From: a virus
Taxonomy: Duplodnaviria > Caudoviricetes
IMG/VR virus record: IMGVR_UViG_3300033067_001359
Location: 1 to 38,443 of that record
Length of the DNA: 38,443 bases
Direction: 5' to 3' (one strand)
The notes beneath the pieces are model-generated. The model searched no databases, was not told the DNA's origin, and saw only the letters and a program-made list of their open reading frames with translations. Of the stretch, positions 1 to 8,312 are shown in pieces. Numbering within the stretch: position 1 is the stretch's first letter; every line of letters begins with the position of its first letter. The translations under genes and the position numbers were made by a program.

Positions 1-149
1 TCGTCAGTGCGCATGCCGGATATCAGCATCAGTTCAATGAAGATACTCATAGCGTGCCTTGTCGATTTAACTGGAAATTGTCGCAGTTCCTTCACCTCGA
101 CCATGAGGCGCTTCACTTGATCATTTGTTAGGTGCTTGGTGATGGCCAT
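1..149 (-). CDS. N-terminal part of a probable tyrosine recombinase/integrase, running off the left edge
   Basis: Hand-translated: MAITKHLTNDQVKRLM...IFIELMLISGMRTD; resembles the LxxxxVxxL...LxLxTGMRxxE box I of tyrosine recombinases. Confidence 0.5.
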   Translation of the reverse strand, partial: MAITKHLTNDQVKRLMVEVKELRQFPVKSTRHAMSIFIELMLISGMRTD

Positions 150-153
150 ATGT

Positions 154-381
154 TCAAGTTCCCTTACTCGTTAAGAATTCCTCTGCAAACCGCATCGCAG
201 CGGTTATGTTCTGGAAGTCTGTATCTACATGCAAGATATCTTCCACCTCATGGCGTATCTGTAACTCATACCGTGGACCGGACGAATCATCCGGCATACG
301 ACGAATTGTGGCCTTGAATAGCAACCCCTCTGAGTATGCAGTTAACCCTGTTGGGTCGATTGTCCAGGAAACGGTGGTCAT
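154..381 (-). CDS. hypothetical phage protein
   Basis: 75 aa, AAAGGA RBS, tightly packed in leftward gene run. Confidence 0.65.
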   Translation of the reverse strand: MTTVSWTIDPTGLTAYSEGLLFKATIRRMPDDSSGPRYELQIRHEVEDILHVDTDFQNITAAMRFAEEFLTSKGT

Positions 382-608
382 TTGTTGTTATCCTTTCGTT
401 TTTGCGCAGCATCCAGGCCACGCAGATAACCGAAGAAGCCGCTAAGCGCCATCCAGGCCAACGTGATCATGGTTGGGTTATCTTTAAAGATCGCATCGAA
501 AATATAGTTGAACAGCGTTTCAGTATTGGCCACAACGAAAAGGAAAAGCAGCGCAGCCATGGACAACAGTCCAAGCAACCAGTCACGGAGTTTCATGCGC
601 TCACGCAT
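378..608 (-). CDS. small membrane protein
   Basis: Two hydrophobic segments; ATGA overlap with next gene. Confidence 0.6.
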   Translation of the reverse strand: MRERMKLRDWLLGLLSMAALLFLFVVANTETLFNYIFDAIFKDNPTMITLAWMALSGFFGYLRGLDAAQKRKDNNK

Positions 609-912
609 ACCAGCTCCGATGCCGCGGGCTTCCGTCCCAGATTCCCGCCGAATACCCTTGCATGCCTAATTTTGTAAGCGAGACATATGCCCCTCGAATT
701 ATCCGGCACGTCGCTTCCGGCGCATCGTCCTCGCGTTCCCCTGCAATAACTTTATCGGACGCCCAACTTGTATCCTGAACCCGAACAGCTGGAAGCTTTA
801 CGACAACGCAACTTGCCTTGCCCTTTAATGCAACAACTTGGTAAAAATCGACCTGAGTTTGATCGTATCCCCATGAGTGAACAAGAATAGTACCTGGTTT
901 GATATCGCTCAT
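601..912 (-). CDS. conserved hypothetical phage protein
   Basis: 103 aa, SWGYDQTQVDFYQVV motif common in phage early regions; GAGGAGG RBS. Confidence 0.75.
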   Translation of the reverse strand: MSDIKPGTILVHSWGYDQTQVDFYQVVALKGKASCVVVKLPAVRVQDTSWASDKVIAGEREDDAPEATCRIIRGAYVSLTKLGMQGYSAGIWDGSPRHRSWYA

Positions 913-1100
913 ATTGTAACCTCCTCAATGGCCCTGGTGATTTCGACTGCAACCAAGGCCCTCGCCTCAACCAGTTCGCCAAGCACCGTGGCCATGGCCG
1001 CAGTTAACTCCGGCACAAGCTTCAAGGCGTCAACGATGCCGTCGATGGCTTCAGTTAGATTGGCTTCGATTAGAGTTAGCGTGTCTAGTTTGGGGTTCAT
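909..1100 (-). CDS. hypothetical protein
   Basis: 63 aa helical ORF coupled to neighbours. Confidence 0.6.
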   Translation of the reverse strand: MNPKLDTLTLIEANLTEAIDGIVDALKLVPELTAAMATVLGELVEARALVAVEITRAIEEVTI

Positions 1101-1101
1101 G

Positions 1102-1404
1102 CTAATAGTCCCGGCCTTGGGCCTTGAGTATGTTCAACAGTCTATTCAGCATGCGGCCGAACGCCTCAAGCGTTACGGTGTCGAACTCGTTAAGCATCAT
1201 GGTTACGGTATCTTCTTCGTCCAATTGAACGCCGAACGCGCCGGGCTTAAAGCTCATGAGTTCCGGCACATCATGTTCATCGCGGCTATATAGGATCTCG
1301 CACAAAGGAAAGGCAAACGCCATCGCATCGCCCCATGCATCGCCTGAATTGTGCAGCCGGTATTCGGCCTTAAGCTGTTCAAGCTTGTCGCCATCTTTTC
1401 TCAT
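1102..1404 (-). CDS. hypothetical protein
   Basis: 100 aa, AAGGAG RBS. Confidence 0.7.
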   Translation of the reverse strand: MRKDGDKLEQLKAEYRLHNSGDAWGDAMAFAFPLCEILYSRDEHDVPELMSFKPGAFGVQLDEEDTVTMMLNEFDTVTLEAFGRMLNRLLNILKAQGRDY

Positions 1405-1415
1405 GTTAATTCTCC

Positions 1416-1799
1416 TTAGGCCACAAGGCCGTTAAGCTTTAGAAATTCAATTTGTGTTTCGATCGACTTAACAAGATCCGTAAGCGCACCGCAGTGCATG
1501 TCATTTTCCATGGCATGATTGGTTGCCTCTGCATCGTCATCCGGATTGGAAAGGAGCACTCCGCCGAGTGTGTCGATACCTTTGAACGTGCCAAAGGTTG
1601 CCGTAACTCGCAGCCAAACAGCAACTAAGTCGCCGTTACGGATACGCTCAGCGTCTTCGGGATACTCAACAGGATCGCAAAGGTCTTCGATGGTGCAATC
1701 GGTATCCTCAAACACTTCGATCTTAAGCTGCGCACCGTTCTTGACGCCGTTACATTCAAAATCATGCAATCCAAGGTCAATAGGATTAATAGGTTTCAT
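1416..1799 (-). CDS. hypothetical acidic protein
   Basis: 127 aa, GAGG RBS, ATGA coupling with upstream ORF. Confidence 0.7.
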   Translation of the reverse strand: MKPINPIDLGLHDFECNGVKNGAQLKIEVFEDTDCTIEDLCDPVEYPEDAERIRNGDLVAVWLRVTATFGTFKGIDTLGGVLLSNPDDDAEATNHAMENDMHCGALTDLVKSIETQIEFLKLNGLVA

Positions 1800-1966
1800 T
1801 TCGTCACCTCAACCACGGCAGGCGCCCTGGTGATATCAGACATCGGCATGGGCCGTTGGCCGCATGCTGCAAGCACCACGCCGGCCATAACGGCCACAAT
1901 CACCGTGTTCTGGATACGGTCTAGGATGCGGTCTAATCGAAGCTGGTTTCGGTTTAGGTTAGTCAT
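1796..1966 (-). CDS. small putative lipoprotein (56 aa, not in ORF track)
   Basis: MTNLNRNQLRLDRILDRIQNTVIVAVMAGVVLAACGQRPM...; hydrophobic stretch ending in lipobox LAA-C. Confidence 0.6.
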   Translation of the reverse strand: MTNLNRNQLRLDRILDRIQNTVIVAVMAGVVLAACGQRPMPMSDITRAPAVVEVTK

Positions 1967-1977
1967 GCTGATTAGGT

Positions 1978-1993
1978 TGCATGCGGCATGCCA
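1978..1993 (-). promoter_or_regulatory. candidate sigma54 (-24/-12) promoter
   Basis: Minus strand TGGCATGCCGCATGCA matches TGGCACG-N4-TTGCW with exact GG-N10-GC spacing, immediately upstream of the first gene of the left operon. Confidence 0.5.
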
Positions 1994-2039
1994 CTTGTCG
2001 CAGTTAATGATTCCGCGACAATCAAGGCGGCAACCGTGA

Positions 2040-3120
2040 CGAACTAATAGTCACTTTCAACATGTAACCTTAACGTAGCTATATCTATCGCAAACAAATC
2101 AACCAGTTAACCTTACCGTCGAACTTATAGACGCAACGTCTAAACAATCAACATGGCCCCCGGAGCACGGCATATAGCTCCTGTTGCCCTGTAACAGTCT
2201 ATAAGCCTATTGGCGACAACGGGCGCATATAGGCCTGTTACAGGCTCCAATAAGCATGTTGGGCTTATATGAGACCGTTACAGCGTTACAGGGCCATTGG
2301 AGCATGTAACAGGGAACAGGCAGCGGGTAGCTGGTATCAGGCATCAGGTAACAGGTAAAAGGCATCAGGCATCAGGCAGCGCATGGGTAACAGGCCAAGG
2401 TTGACGTGGGCAGGGAACAGGTTGAGGCAGCATGCTGAGGTAACATGCAACGTCGGCATGCAACCTTTTCAACCTATATATGTACAAATCTATAGCTGTT
2501 AACCTGTAAAAGATCCCAACATTATGTAAACTAACAGGTTGCCCAAACCTTAACGTAACCACGTTGGCCTTGTCCCCATCGACCATTAACCCATGCATTC
2601 AACTAGATACGATGTAGCAGACTACTGATTCTGCTAGCGCGTGTAACGTAACTGGTTGATTGCTGATGGCTAAGGAAAACTTGAGGCCGGTATGGCACGC
2701 CCGCCGACCCGCCCTCTCCCTTTTATTTTATGGTTCCTACCCTACCCATCTTCCCCAAACCTGCGACCTTCGCCTGATGCCTCTGCCTGATGCCTTCGCG
2801 CCCTCGCCCATCAGCCGGCCCTCTGCCTGGCGCCATCGCTCTGCGCCGTTGCCCCATCTGCACCCATGCAGCCATGGCCCCTCCCCCCGCCTAGTCAGCT
2901 TGTTCACATTTCCCCCGCCCGGCCGCCGAAAACTGCGGACTGTGCCCAGACACCAGCGACAGTCTCCCTGATGCCTATTACCAGGCAGAAAGCCTCTGGT
3001 GCCCTCTAGCCCTCCACCGGCCAGGTGGCCATCTACAGGGCAATATAGGAAGTCTGAGGGGTGCCTGTACTAGGCAGCCGGCCAAAGGTGCATTGTTACA
3101 GGTTAAGGTAGACGCGTTGA
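2040..3120. repeat. non-coding block with dispersed short repeats (candidate origin or packaging/terminus region)
   Basis: GGCATCAGG at 2340, 2361, 2368 and its reverse complement at 2773, 2786, 2967; many GT(A/T)ACAG copies; AACCTTA repeats; no credible ORF. Confidence 0.55.
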
Positions 3121-3122
3121 TT

Positions 3123-3145
3123 AGTTCGCATGAAACGTGCGAACT
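3123..3145 (-). terminator. hairpin at the end of the leftward operon
   Basis: AGTTCGCA...TGCGAACT stem adjoining the stop of 3145..3381; no clear U-tract. Confidence 0.35.
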
Positions 3146-3381
3146 TAAGGGAGGGAGTGTATCTGTTGACCGGATCGAATTACGGCGCGGAAGCGGACTC
3201 TTGAGTTTTTGAAATCCAGTTCCGGACCCAGCACCCTCATAAGATCGTTGGCCACAATGGCCTCGGATAGAGTCTTAACCATCAGCCGATAAATCTTCTT
3301 TCGCTCTTTGTTGATCTCTTCTTCAGAAAGACCCATTTCAAGTTCCCAGTAGAGCGCCCGCTTTACCACTTTCAGTTCCAT
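3145..3381 (-). CDS. hypothetical protein
   Basis: 78 aa, in operon-like run. Confidence 0.6.
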   Translation of the reverse strand: MELKVVKRALYWELEMGLSEEEINKERKKIYRLMVKTLSEAIVANDLMRVLGPELDFKNSRVRFRAVIRSGQQIHSLP

Positions 3382-3384
3382 GGC

Positions 3385-3720
3385 TTACCTGTGACCGATA
3401 GTCCAGCCGGCGGATCTGTTGCGGGCCAGCATGAGCCTTCTTGCTGTGAACGGTCGCTCAAAATGCGGATAGGCGCTATCCGACGGCGTAAACCGACGAA
3501 AGCGGTAGTCGCCATGAGACAGGCGGCAGAGCAGATATTCTGACCGTGGCCAGTCACCGCCAAGAAGCTTTTGCGTGTCGATGAAGCGCTGGACTTGCTC
3601 AACCATCTCGGGTCCGAACGGTGACTGCCGGCCAAGAGCCTCATAGGTGTTCTTAACGTCTTCCATGCTTATTGTGTTCGGATGATGACCGTAACGGTTA
3701 CTATCTGGCGAATCAGTCAT
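3385..3720 (-). CDS. hypothetical protein
   Basis: 111 aa, packed between neighbours. Confidence 0.6.
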   Translation of the reverse strand: MTDSPDSNRYGHHPNTISMEDVKNTYEALGRQSPFGPEMVEQVQRFIDTQKLLGGDWPRSEYLLCRLSHGDYRFRRFTPSDSAYPHFERPFTARRLMLARNRSAGWTIGHR

Positions 3721-3916
3721 AGTCCGGGATTTCTACTGAGGTGAAGGCAGTGCAAGCCTCTTGCAGTCTCTCGATGCGTACCATGAGGCTCGCGATTTTC
3801 CTCACTTCAGCGGAAAGAATCTCCAGTGCCTGACAAAGTTCAGTTCCCTCTAACGCGTCCATATATTTATTCAAAATGATAAAGGCTTCGTTTGTAGTCA
3901 CTTTGGCTCCTCCCAA
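3713..3916 (-). CDS. hypothetical protein
   Basis: 67 aa; true start may be the GTG at 3901. Confidence 0.55.
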   Translation of the reverse strand: MGGAKVTTNEAFIILNKYMDALEGTELCQALEILSAEVRKIASLMVRIERLQEACTAFTSVEIPDYD

Positions 3917-4080
3917 GCCTGTGGATCAATCCGCATGCCATCGACATCAACCCAGACCATCTTCTTGCAACCTTCACAGTAGCCTGCGGCCTGTTCGTCG
4001 TTGCTATCAACTAAGCCTGCCAGTTCGCATGGTTCATCGATTCCTTCGATGTAGTCCGTGCACTGCCTACAGAAGCTCAT
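3898..4080 (-). CDS. small Cys-rich (CxxC x2) protein
   Basis: CRQC...CEGC; GGAG RBS; ATGA coupling. Confidence 0.6.
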   Translation of the reverse strand: MSFCRQCTDYIEGIDEPCELAGLVDSNDEQAAGYCEGCKKMVWVDVDGMRIDPQAWEEPK

Positions 4081-4322
4081 GCGCCGGCTCCCTTTTGCTG
4101 GTCAGCTAAATCTTCCCAGGTCACAAACTGGCCAAGGTCAAGCTTGAGAAAGCGCGCAAGCTTAATGAGGGTGTCAGAGCGGACTACGTGATCAGCTCGC
4201 AGGATGTTCTTAATCGTAACCGGCGACACGCCACAGCCAAGGGCTACCTGATCCGCGTCAAGCTTGTGGTGATCCATCTTAAGCCGTATCACTTCAGCCA
4301 GACGTTTCGGTAGATCGTTCAC
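4077..4322 (-). CDS. XRE-family helix-turn-helix regulator
   Basis: DQVALGCGVSPVTIKNIL...TLIKLARFLKL, typical HTH_3 pattern. Confidence 0.8.
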   Translation of the reverse strand: MNDLPKRLAEVIRLKMDHHKLDADQVALGCGVSPVTIKNILRADHVVRSDTLIKLARFLKLDLGQFVTWEDLADQQKGAGA

Positions 4323-4361
4323 TGGCTCAGTGCCTCAATCCACAGGTTAAAGATTTCAAGT

Positions 4362-4670
4362 TCAGGTGGCGTTGTCGTTAAAGTCGATTGCATCTGGTTC
4401 CCTCTTAAAGTCTGCTTCTACAATGTTGCCGTCGCCGTAACAAGTCACGCACACCCAGCGGCCGGATTCATACACCAGGTCCACGCCATCGAAGCTGGTT
4501 ATCTTGCGACCGGCTCGGCAGCTTTGCACGAGGTCACCGCCACGCAGCCACCCTTGCCGTCTACACTTACGGCAGAGCGTTACCAGTTCAACGATAGACG
4601 GCAAGCCGTAGCAGATGGGACAGTCTCGGTTACTGCCACCGCAACGTTGACAGGTGATTCGGCTGGTCAT
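4362..4670 (-). CDS. Zn-finger-like hypothetical protein
   Basis: Four CxxC pairs; GGGAG RBS. Confidence 0.55.
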   Translation of the reverse strand: MTSRITCQRCGGSNRDCPICYGLPSIVELVTLCRKCRRQGWLRGGDLVQSCRAGRKITSFDGVDLVYESGRWVCVTCYGDGNIVEADFKREPDAIDFNDNAT

Positions 4671-4851
4671 GTTTCTCTTTCTCCCTTAACAGCAACAATG
4701 CAAAGTCACACAGCCGCACGAGGAACCCCGGCGGAAAGGTGATGGTGCCATGTTTCGTGATGAAGCCGATTGAATCGGCTTCAGTGGCATTCTCACGCCA
4801 GCCTTCGACTTCAACGCGGGTCATGCGCCTATCGTCCGTTAGCTTGGTCAT
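4630..4851 (-). CDS. hypothetical protein
   Basis: 73 aa, ATGA coupling. Confidence 0.55.
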   Translation of the reverse strand: MTKLTDDRRMTRVEVEGWRENATEADSIGFITKHGTITFPPGFLVRLCDFALLLLREKEKHDQPNHLSTLRWQ

Positions 4852-5066
4852 TTGGGGGCCCTGAAAACATAAGGAAGATATTCCTTAACGATTCGACGAA
4901 TTCGACTATTTTCCAATGAAAGTTGCTCCGATTCTGGGCGGTATGCCTTGAGAACTCGACACCGATCGCAGTGCCACGGCTGAAGTCCCGTTCGTGGCTC
5001 GTGAACATGCGCAGGCATCCGCCAAAGCAACTGGCCAAATTGTTCCTTATTGATCGAAGCCATCAC
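4848..5066 (-). CDS. hypothetical protein
   Basis: 72 aa, coupled ORF with HxH...CxxC. Confidence 0.55.
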   Translation of the reverse strand: MMASINKEQFGQLLWRMPAHVHEPRTGLQPWHCDRCRVLKAYRPESEQLSLENSRIRRIVKEYLPYVFRAPK

Positions 5067-5254
5067 TGCCCCTCAATCCGCGCGTCACACTCAGCCTTCT
5101 GATCGCCCTTATTATCCTGCGAAAAATCAGTGCAGCTTAGCGGTCGCCAGTCAGGAAAATCGCGCACGTTATCTAGATTCCTGGCGCAGGTTACGCAGTA
5201 TGGGAATGGCCACTTGGGGCGGCAACGGGAATAGTCGTATGGAAGCTGTTTCAC
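5063..5254 (-). CDS. small Cys-rich hypothetical protein
   Basis: LPYDYSRC...CVTCAR; coupled. Confidence 0.55.
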   Translation of the reverse strand: MKQLPYDYSRCRPKWPFPYCVTCARNLDNVRDFPDWRPLSCTDFSQDNKGDQKAECDARIEGQ

Positions 5255-5571
5255 TTGTCACCCTCGCCCATCAAACGTTTGCGGAGCCAGTCACATGCGG
5301 CGCGGAAGCCTTGTTCAAATCCAAACGTGGCAAGAGCCGCTTCCGATTGAGCGTGACCCTTATCCATAAGCTTATTCATGAAGGCGTTACAGTAACCTTC
5401 CATCTCGTAGCGGCTCACCTCAACTAGCTTCCGCTCCTCGCGGATGGCGTCTCGTATCGCTCTACCTAGTCCAGCTTCATCTACACGCCACTCGGGATCT
5501 AGGTCGCAATTCTCGTACCATTCTACGTTTGTGCGAACGATTTCCTGGGCGATTGCTTCAGGCGTCTTCAT
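5251..5571 (-). CDS. hypothetical protein
   Basis: Start trimmed to ATG (MKTPEAIA) just outside the IS left end. Confidence 0.65.
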   Translation of the reverse strand: MKTPEAIAQEIVRTNVEWYENCDLDPEWRVDEAGLGRAIRDAIREERKLVEVSRYEMEGYCNAFMNKLMDKGHAQSEAALATFGFEQGFRAACDWLRKRLMGEGDK

Positions 5572-5590
5572 TTCTTTTGGCAACTATCCC

Positions 5591-5619
5591 TTGACAACAA
5601 GTGACCATTTTGGTATCCT
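5591..5619 (+). promoter_or_regulatory. sigma70-type promoter for the transposase, probably leaderless
   Basis: TTGACA-17 bp-TATCCT with extended TG; ATG 6 nt downstream, no SD. Confidence 0.6.
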
Positions 5620-5625
5620 TTACGC

Positions 5626-6486
5626 ATGAGATACACCATTAAAGACTTCAAAAAGGACTTCCCCGACGACAAGGCTTGCTTGGCACATATCTTCAAGAAG
5701 CGTTATCCTGACGGTTTGAAATGCCCGAAGTGCGGAAAGTCGTCGTTCCATCCAGTTGCTAACCGCCGAGCCTATGCTTGCGCTTGCGGCTTTCAGACTT
5801 ATCCGACTGAAGGTACGATCTTTCACAAAAGCCCCACCCCGCTTACTATGTGGTTTCACGCCATTTTCCTGATTAGCCAAAGCAAGAACGGGGTCGCCGC
5901 CAAAGAACTCGAACGGCACCTTGGCGTTACCTACAAATGTGCGTGGAGAATCAATAAACAGATTCGGATGCTTATGAGACAATCCCCCGATCCGCTGGAC
6001 GGGAAGGAGATCATCGAACTGGACGAAACCTACATTGGCGGCGTTCGCCGTGGGAAACGTGGGCGTGGTGCCGCTGGTAAGACGCCCGTGTTCGGGGCGG
6101 TTGAGCGTAAAGGCAAGATCAAAACTCGCACCGTCAAGAACGTCAAGATGGTAACGCTGATGCCCTTGGTTCAGGCTATGGTTCCCCCGAACTCTGTCAT
6201 TACGACCGATGAATCCAACAGTTACAACAAGGTCCGGTCTATTGGGCACCTTCACGAAACCGTCCAGCACGGGAAGGGTCAATACGTCCAGGGCGACGTT
6301 CACACTAACACGATTGAGAGTTTCTGGTCGCAGTTCAAACGGTCGGTTCATGGGACTTTCCACGCTGTTTCGCCAAAGTATTTGCAGACTTACTTGGACG
6401 AGTTTTCTTTCCGCTACAACCATCGTGGCGCTTTGATTCCCGCCGTGATGTTTTCACGGGTTGGGAAGCCAGCGAAAGCAGCCTGA
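5626..6486 (+). CDS. IS1595-family (ISXO2-like) DDE transposase
   Basis: CPKCG Zn ribbon; IELDETYIGG, ITTDE, HTNTIESFWSQFKR, YLDEFSFRYN. Confidence 0.95.
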   Translation: MRYTIKDFKKDFPDDKACLAHIFKKRYPDGLKCPKCGKSSFHPVANRRAYACACGFQTYPTEGTIFHKSPTPLTMWFHAIFLISQSKNGVAAKELERHLGVTYKCAWRINKQIRMLMRQSPDPLDGKEIIELDETYIGGVRRGKRGRGAAGKTPVFGAVERKGKIKTRTVKNVKMVTLMPLVQAMVPPNSVITTDESNSYNKVRSIGHLHETVQHGKGQYVQGDVHTNTIESFWSQFKRSVHGTFHAVSPKYLQTYLDEFSFRYNHRGALIPAVMFSRVGKPAKAA

Positions 6487-6501
6487 AAAACTCAGGCTTA
6501 C

Positions 6502-7209
6502 TCACGGATTGAGCCATATAACCTCCTTGCTTTGTTTAGCTCCCTTCTTGCCCTCCAAAGCCTTCACAGTTCGGAAGGGTGAGAACGGAAGCCAGGAAGC
6601 GCCATCCTGTTCACAGACCATCACTTGCCCCTGTCTGGCTCGGCACCACTTGGCGAGGTTGTCAAAATCAATTTTATTGAAGCGATACCGAACCCCCGAC
6701 ACCTGATATGGTGGGTCAACAAACCAAGAAGCATCTTGGTTTTCAATTTGCTCATAGGACTTGTTTTCAATCTTCCAATGCCGAATTTGACCAAGCTGAC
6801 TGGCAATTCTGCCACGGATTACTTCGCCCCAAAACGAATTTGGTCGCCAACCATCACGCATCCATTTCCCTGGTATATTACAGGGAGATACATTCCCTTT
6901 GTTTAACCAGAATCCGATCAACCACTTTGCTTCTTGGCACAGAGGCATTTCTCTTACGTCCGTTATCTCTAGTGGAAGGGCTAAAATTTCGCTTTCCTTA
7001 ACATGAATAAGATAGTCCCAGACGCTACAGATGATGGGATCACGGTCAAACAAAAGCACGTTCTTTTGTGGGTAATGAAGTGAATACCCCGCCGAGCCAG
7101 CGAAAGGCTCAATAAGTGTTTTGTGCTGAGGCTGAGGGTAATGTTTAGCAATGCGCCACTTCCCGCCAAAATATGTAAAAAACAATTCAAGTCTTTTCAT
7201 TTCATACAT
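6502..7209 (-). CDS. DNA adenine methyltransferase (Dam/D12-like), IS passenger
   Basis: YFGGK, EPFAGSA (SAM binding), FVDPPY catalytic motif. Confidence 0.9.
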   Translation of the reverse strand: MYEMKRLELFFTYFGGKWRIAKHYPQPQHKTLIEPFAGSAGYSLHYPQKNVLLFDRDPIICSVWDYLIHVKESEILALPLEITDVREMPLCQEAKWLIGFWLNKGNVSPCNIPGKWMRDGWRPNSFWGEVIRGRIASQLGQIRHWKIENKSYEQIENQDASWFVDPPYQVSGVRYRFNKIDFDNLAKWCRARQGQVMVCEQDGASWLPFSPFRTVKALEGKKGAKQSKEVIWLNP

Positions 7210-7246
7210 CCTTACTTGTTGTCAAGGGATAGTTGCCTAACCTTTT

Positions 7247-7609
7247 TCACTTCCCCTCCAACTCCGCCAGCGCGGCACGGGCAATTCTACCCTTGTCAGA
7301 CTTCCGCCTATCATCACCCGTCTCTTTTACGAATCCCGTCCACGGCGGCGAGTCTTTATACTGCGTAACGACTTCGCGCGTTTGAATAGAATCATCCGCA
7401 TAAAACTCCAAAGCCGCCCGCGCCTTTTCCAGCTTCCGATTCGCCAGTTCGATTTCGTCTAGCAGATTGAGGACATTAGGCGGCATTGTGCGCCCATCGT
7501 ATTCTGCTTGGTAATCGATCCACCGACAGTCGTCTTTCTCCACGGACTCGATGTAGATTCCACAAAGCTCACGCAGCCGCCGTAGATTTTGGATGGATTC
7601 TGCGGTCAT
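7247..7609 (-). CDS. hypothetical protein (Ead/Ea22-like composition)
   Basis: PPNVLNLLDEIE...ALEFYAD...GRIARAAL; start trimmed to ATGA overlap. Confidence 0.65.
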   Translation of the reverse strand: MTAESIQNLRRLRELCGIYIESVEKDDCRWIDYQAEYDGRTMPPNVLNLLDEIELANRKLEKARAALEFYADDSIQTREVVTQYKDSPPWTGFVKETGDDRRKSDKGRIARAALAELEGK

Positions 7610-8040
7610 AGCTTCCATTCCAATGTCGCCATTAGCTTTCTGCCCCACTCGGGAAAATGCTTAAGGATGTCTTTTGCCGTCATCGGTGAGCCGTCTAATT
7701 TTGCTCGCTCAAGGGCGATACGGCAGCCGTCGCTGCATGCGCCAGTGAGAATTTTGAATTCGCCGAGTGTGATCTTTCTCTTTTGACCGGCCTCTCGTAT
7801 CTCGTCACGAAGTGCCTCTAACGATGGACGTTTATCGGGATCTTTCCAAATAGCGTCGGCAATAGCCTCAGCGAGCGAGCTGCCGTGCGCGCATAGATGG
7901 GAGCCTTTGAGGGTTACAAAGAAGCGAGGTTTGCTGTTTACCTTGTAGGATTCAACAACGTGACCTTCACGAGTAACACTGACACGAGGAGTGGCGTCGA
8001 TGTTTTCTTCTAGGCCGTCCCTAAAAAATGTGATTCCCAT
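7606..8040 (-). CDS. hypothetical protein associated with Gly-repeat genes
   Basis: ITLGEFKILTGACSDG motif; TAATG coupling with the repeat ORF. Confidence 0.7.
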   Translation of the reverse strand: MGITFFRDGLEENIDATPRVSVTREGHVVESYKVNSKPRFFVTLKGSHLCAHGSSLAEAIADAIWKDPDKRPSLEALRDEIREAGQKRKITLGEFKILTGACSDGCRIALERAKLDGSPMTAKDILKHFPEWGRKLMATLEWKL

Positions 8041-8312
8041 TACTGCATTACCCCGTACCCGTACCCGTACCCGTACCCGTACCCGTCCCCGGCCCCGTAC
8101 CCGTACCCGTCCCCGTCCCCGTACCCGTCCCCGGCCCCGGACCCGTACCCGTACCCGTCCCCGGACCCGTACCCGTACCCGTCCCCGTACCCGGACCCGT
8201 ACCCGTCCCCGTCCCCGTACCCGGACCCGGACCCGGACCCGGCCCCGTACCCGTACCCGGACCCGGACCCGTCCCCGTACCCGGACCCGTTGATTACGCC
8301 CTTATCTTTCAT
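8040..8312 (-). CDS. Gly-X (X=Y/D/S/A) dipeptide-repeat protein
   Basis: MKDKGVIN-(GX)n-GVMQ; coupled to both neighbours. Confidence 0.65.
   Translation of the reverse strand: MKDKGVINGSGYGDGSGSGYGYGAGSGSGSGYGDGDGYGSGYGDGYGYGSGDGYGYGSGAGDGYGDGDGYGYGAGDGYGYGYGYGYGVMQ
8052..8288. repeat. hexanucleotide tandem repeat, ~39 units
   Basis: Minus-strand unit GGG-(T/G)(A/C)C. Confidence 0.95.

Larger units (their letters stand above)
5579..7237 (+). mobile_element. IS1595-family element with a passenger gene, 1659 bp
   Basis: Perfect 24-bp TIRs GGCAACTATCCCTTGACAACAAGT (5579-5602) and its reverse complement (7214-7237) enclose a transposase and a convergent MTase. Confidence 0.92.

Noticed and set aside
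2365-2971. ORFs 2365..2598 and 2660..2971
   Set aside because: Low-complexity translations of the repeat block, with no RBS
5620-6423. 267-aa ORF antisense to the transposase
   Set aside because: Codon-aligned shadow frame with no motifs or RBS, unlike the intein HNH
8052-8288. Possible CRISPR array or DGR repeat
   Set aside because: Period-6 microsatellite without spacers; no cas or reverse transcriptase gene in the window
7991-8293. Arg-Thr/Arg-Pro repeat ORF on the plus strand
   Set aside because: Automatic reverse reading of the hexamer repeat; the minus-strand Gly-X ORF is the one coupled to neighbours
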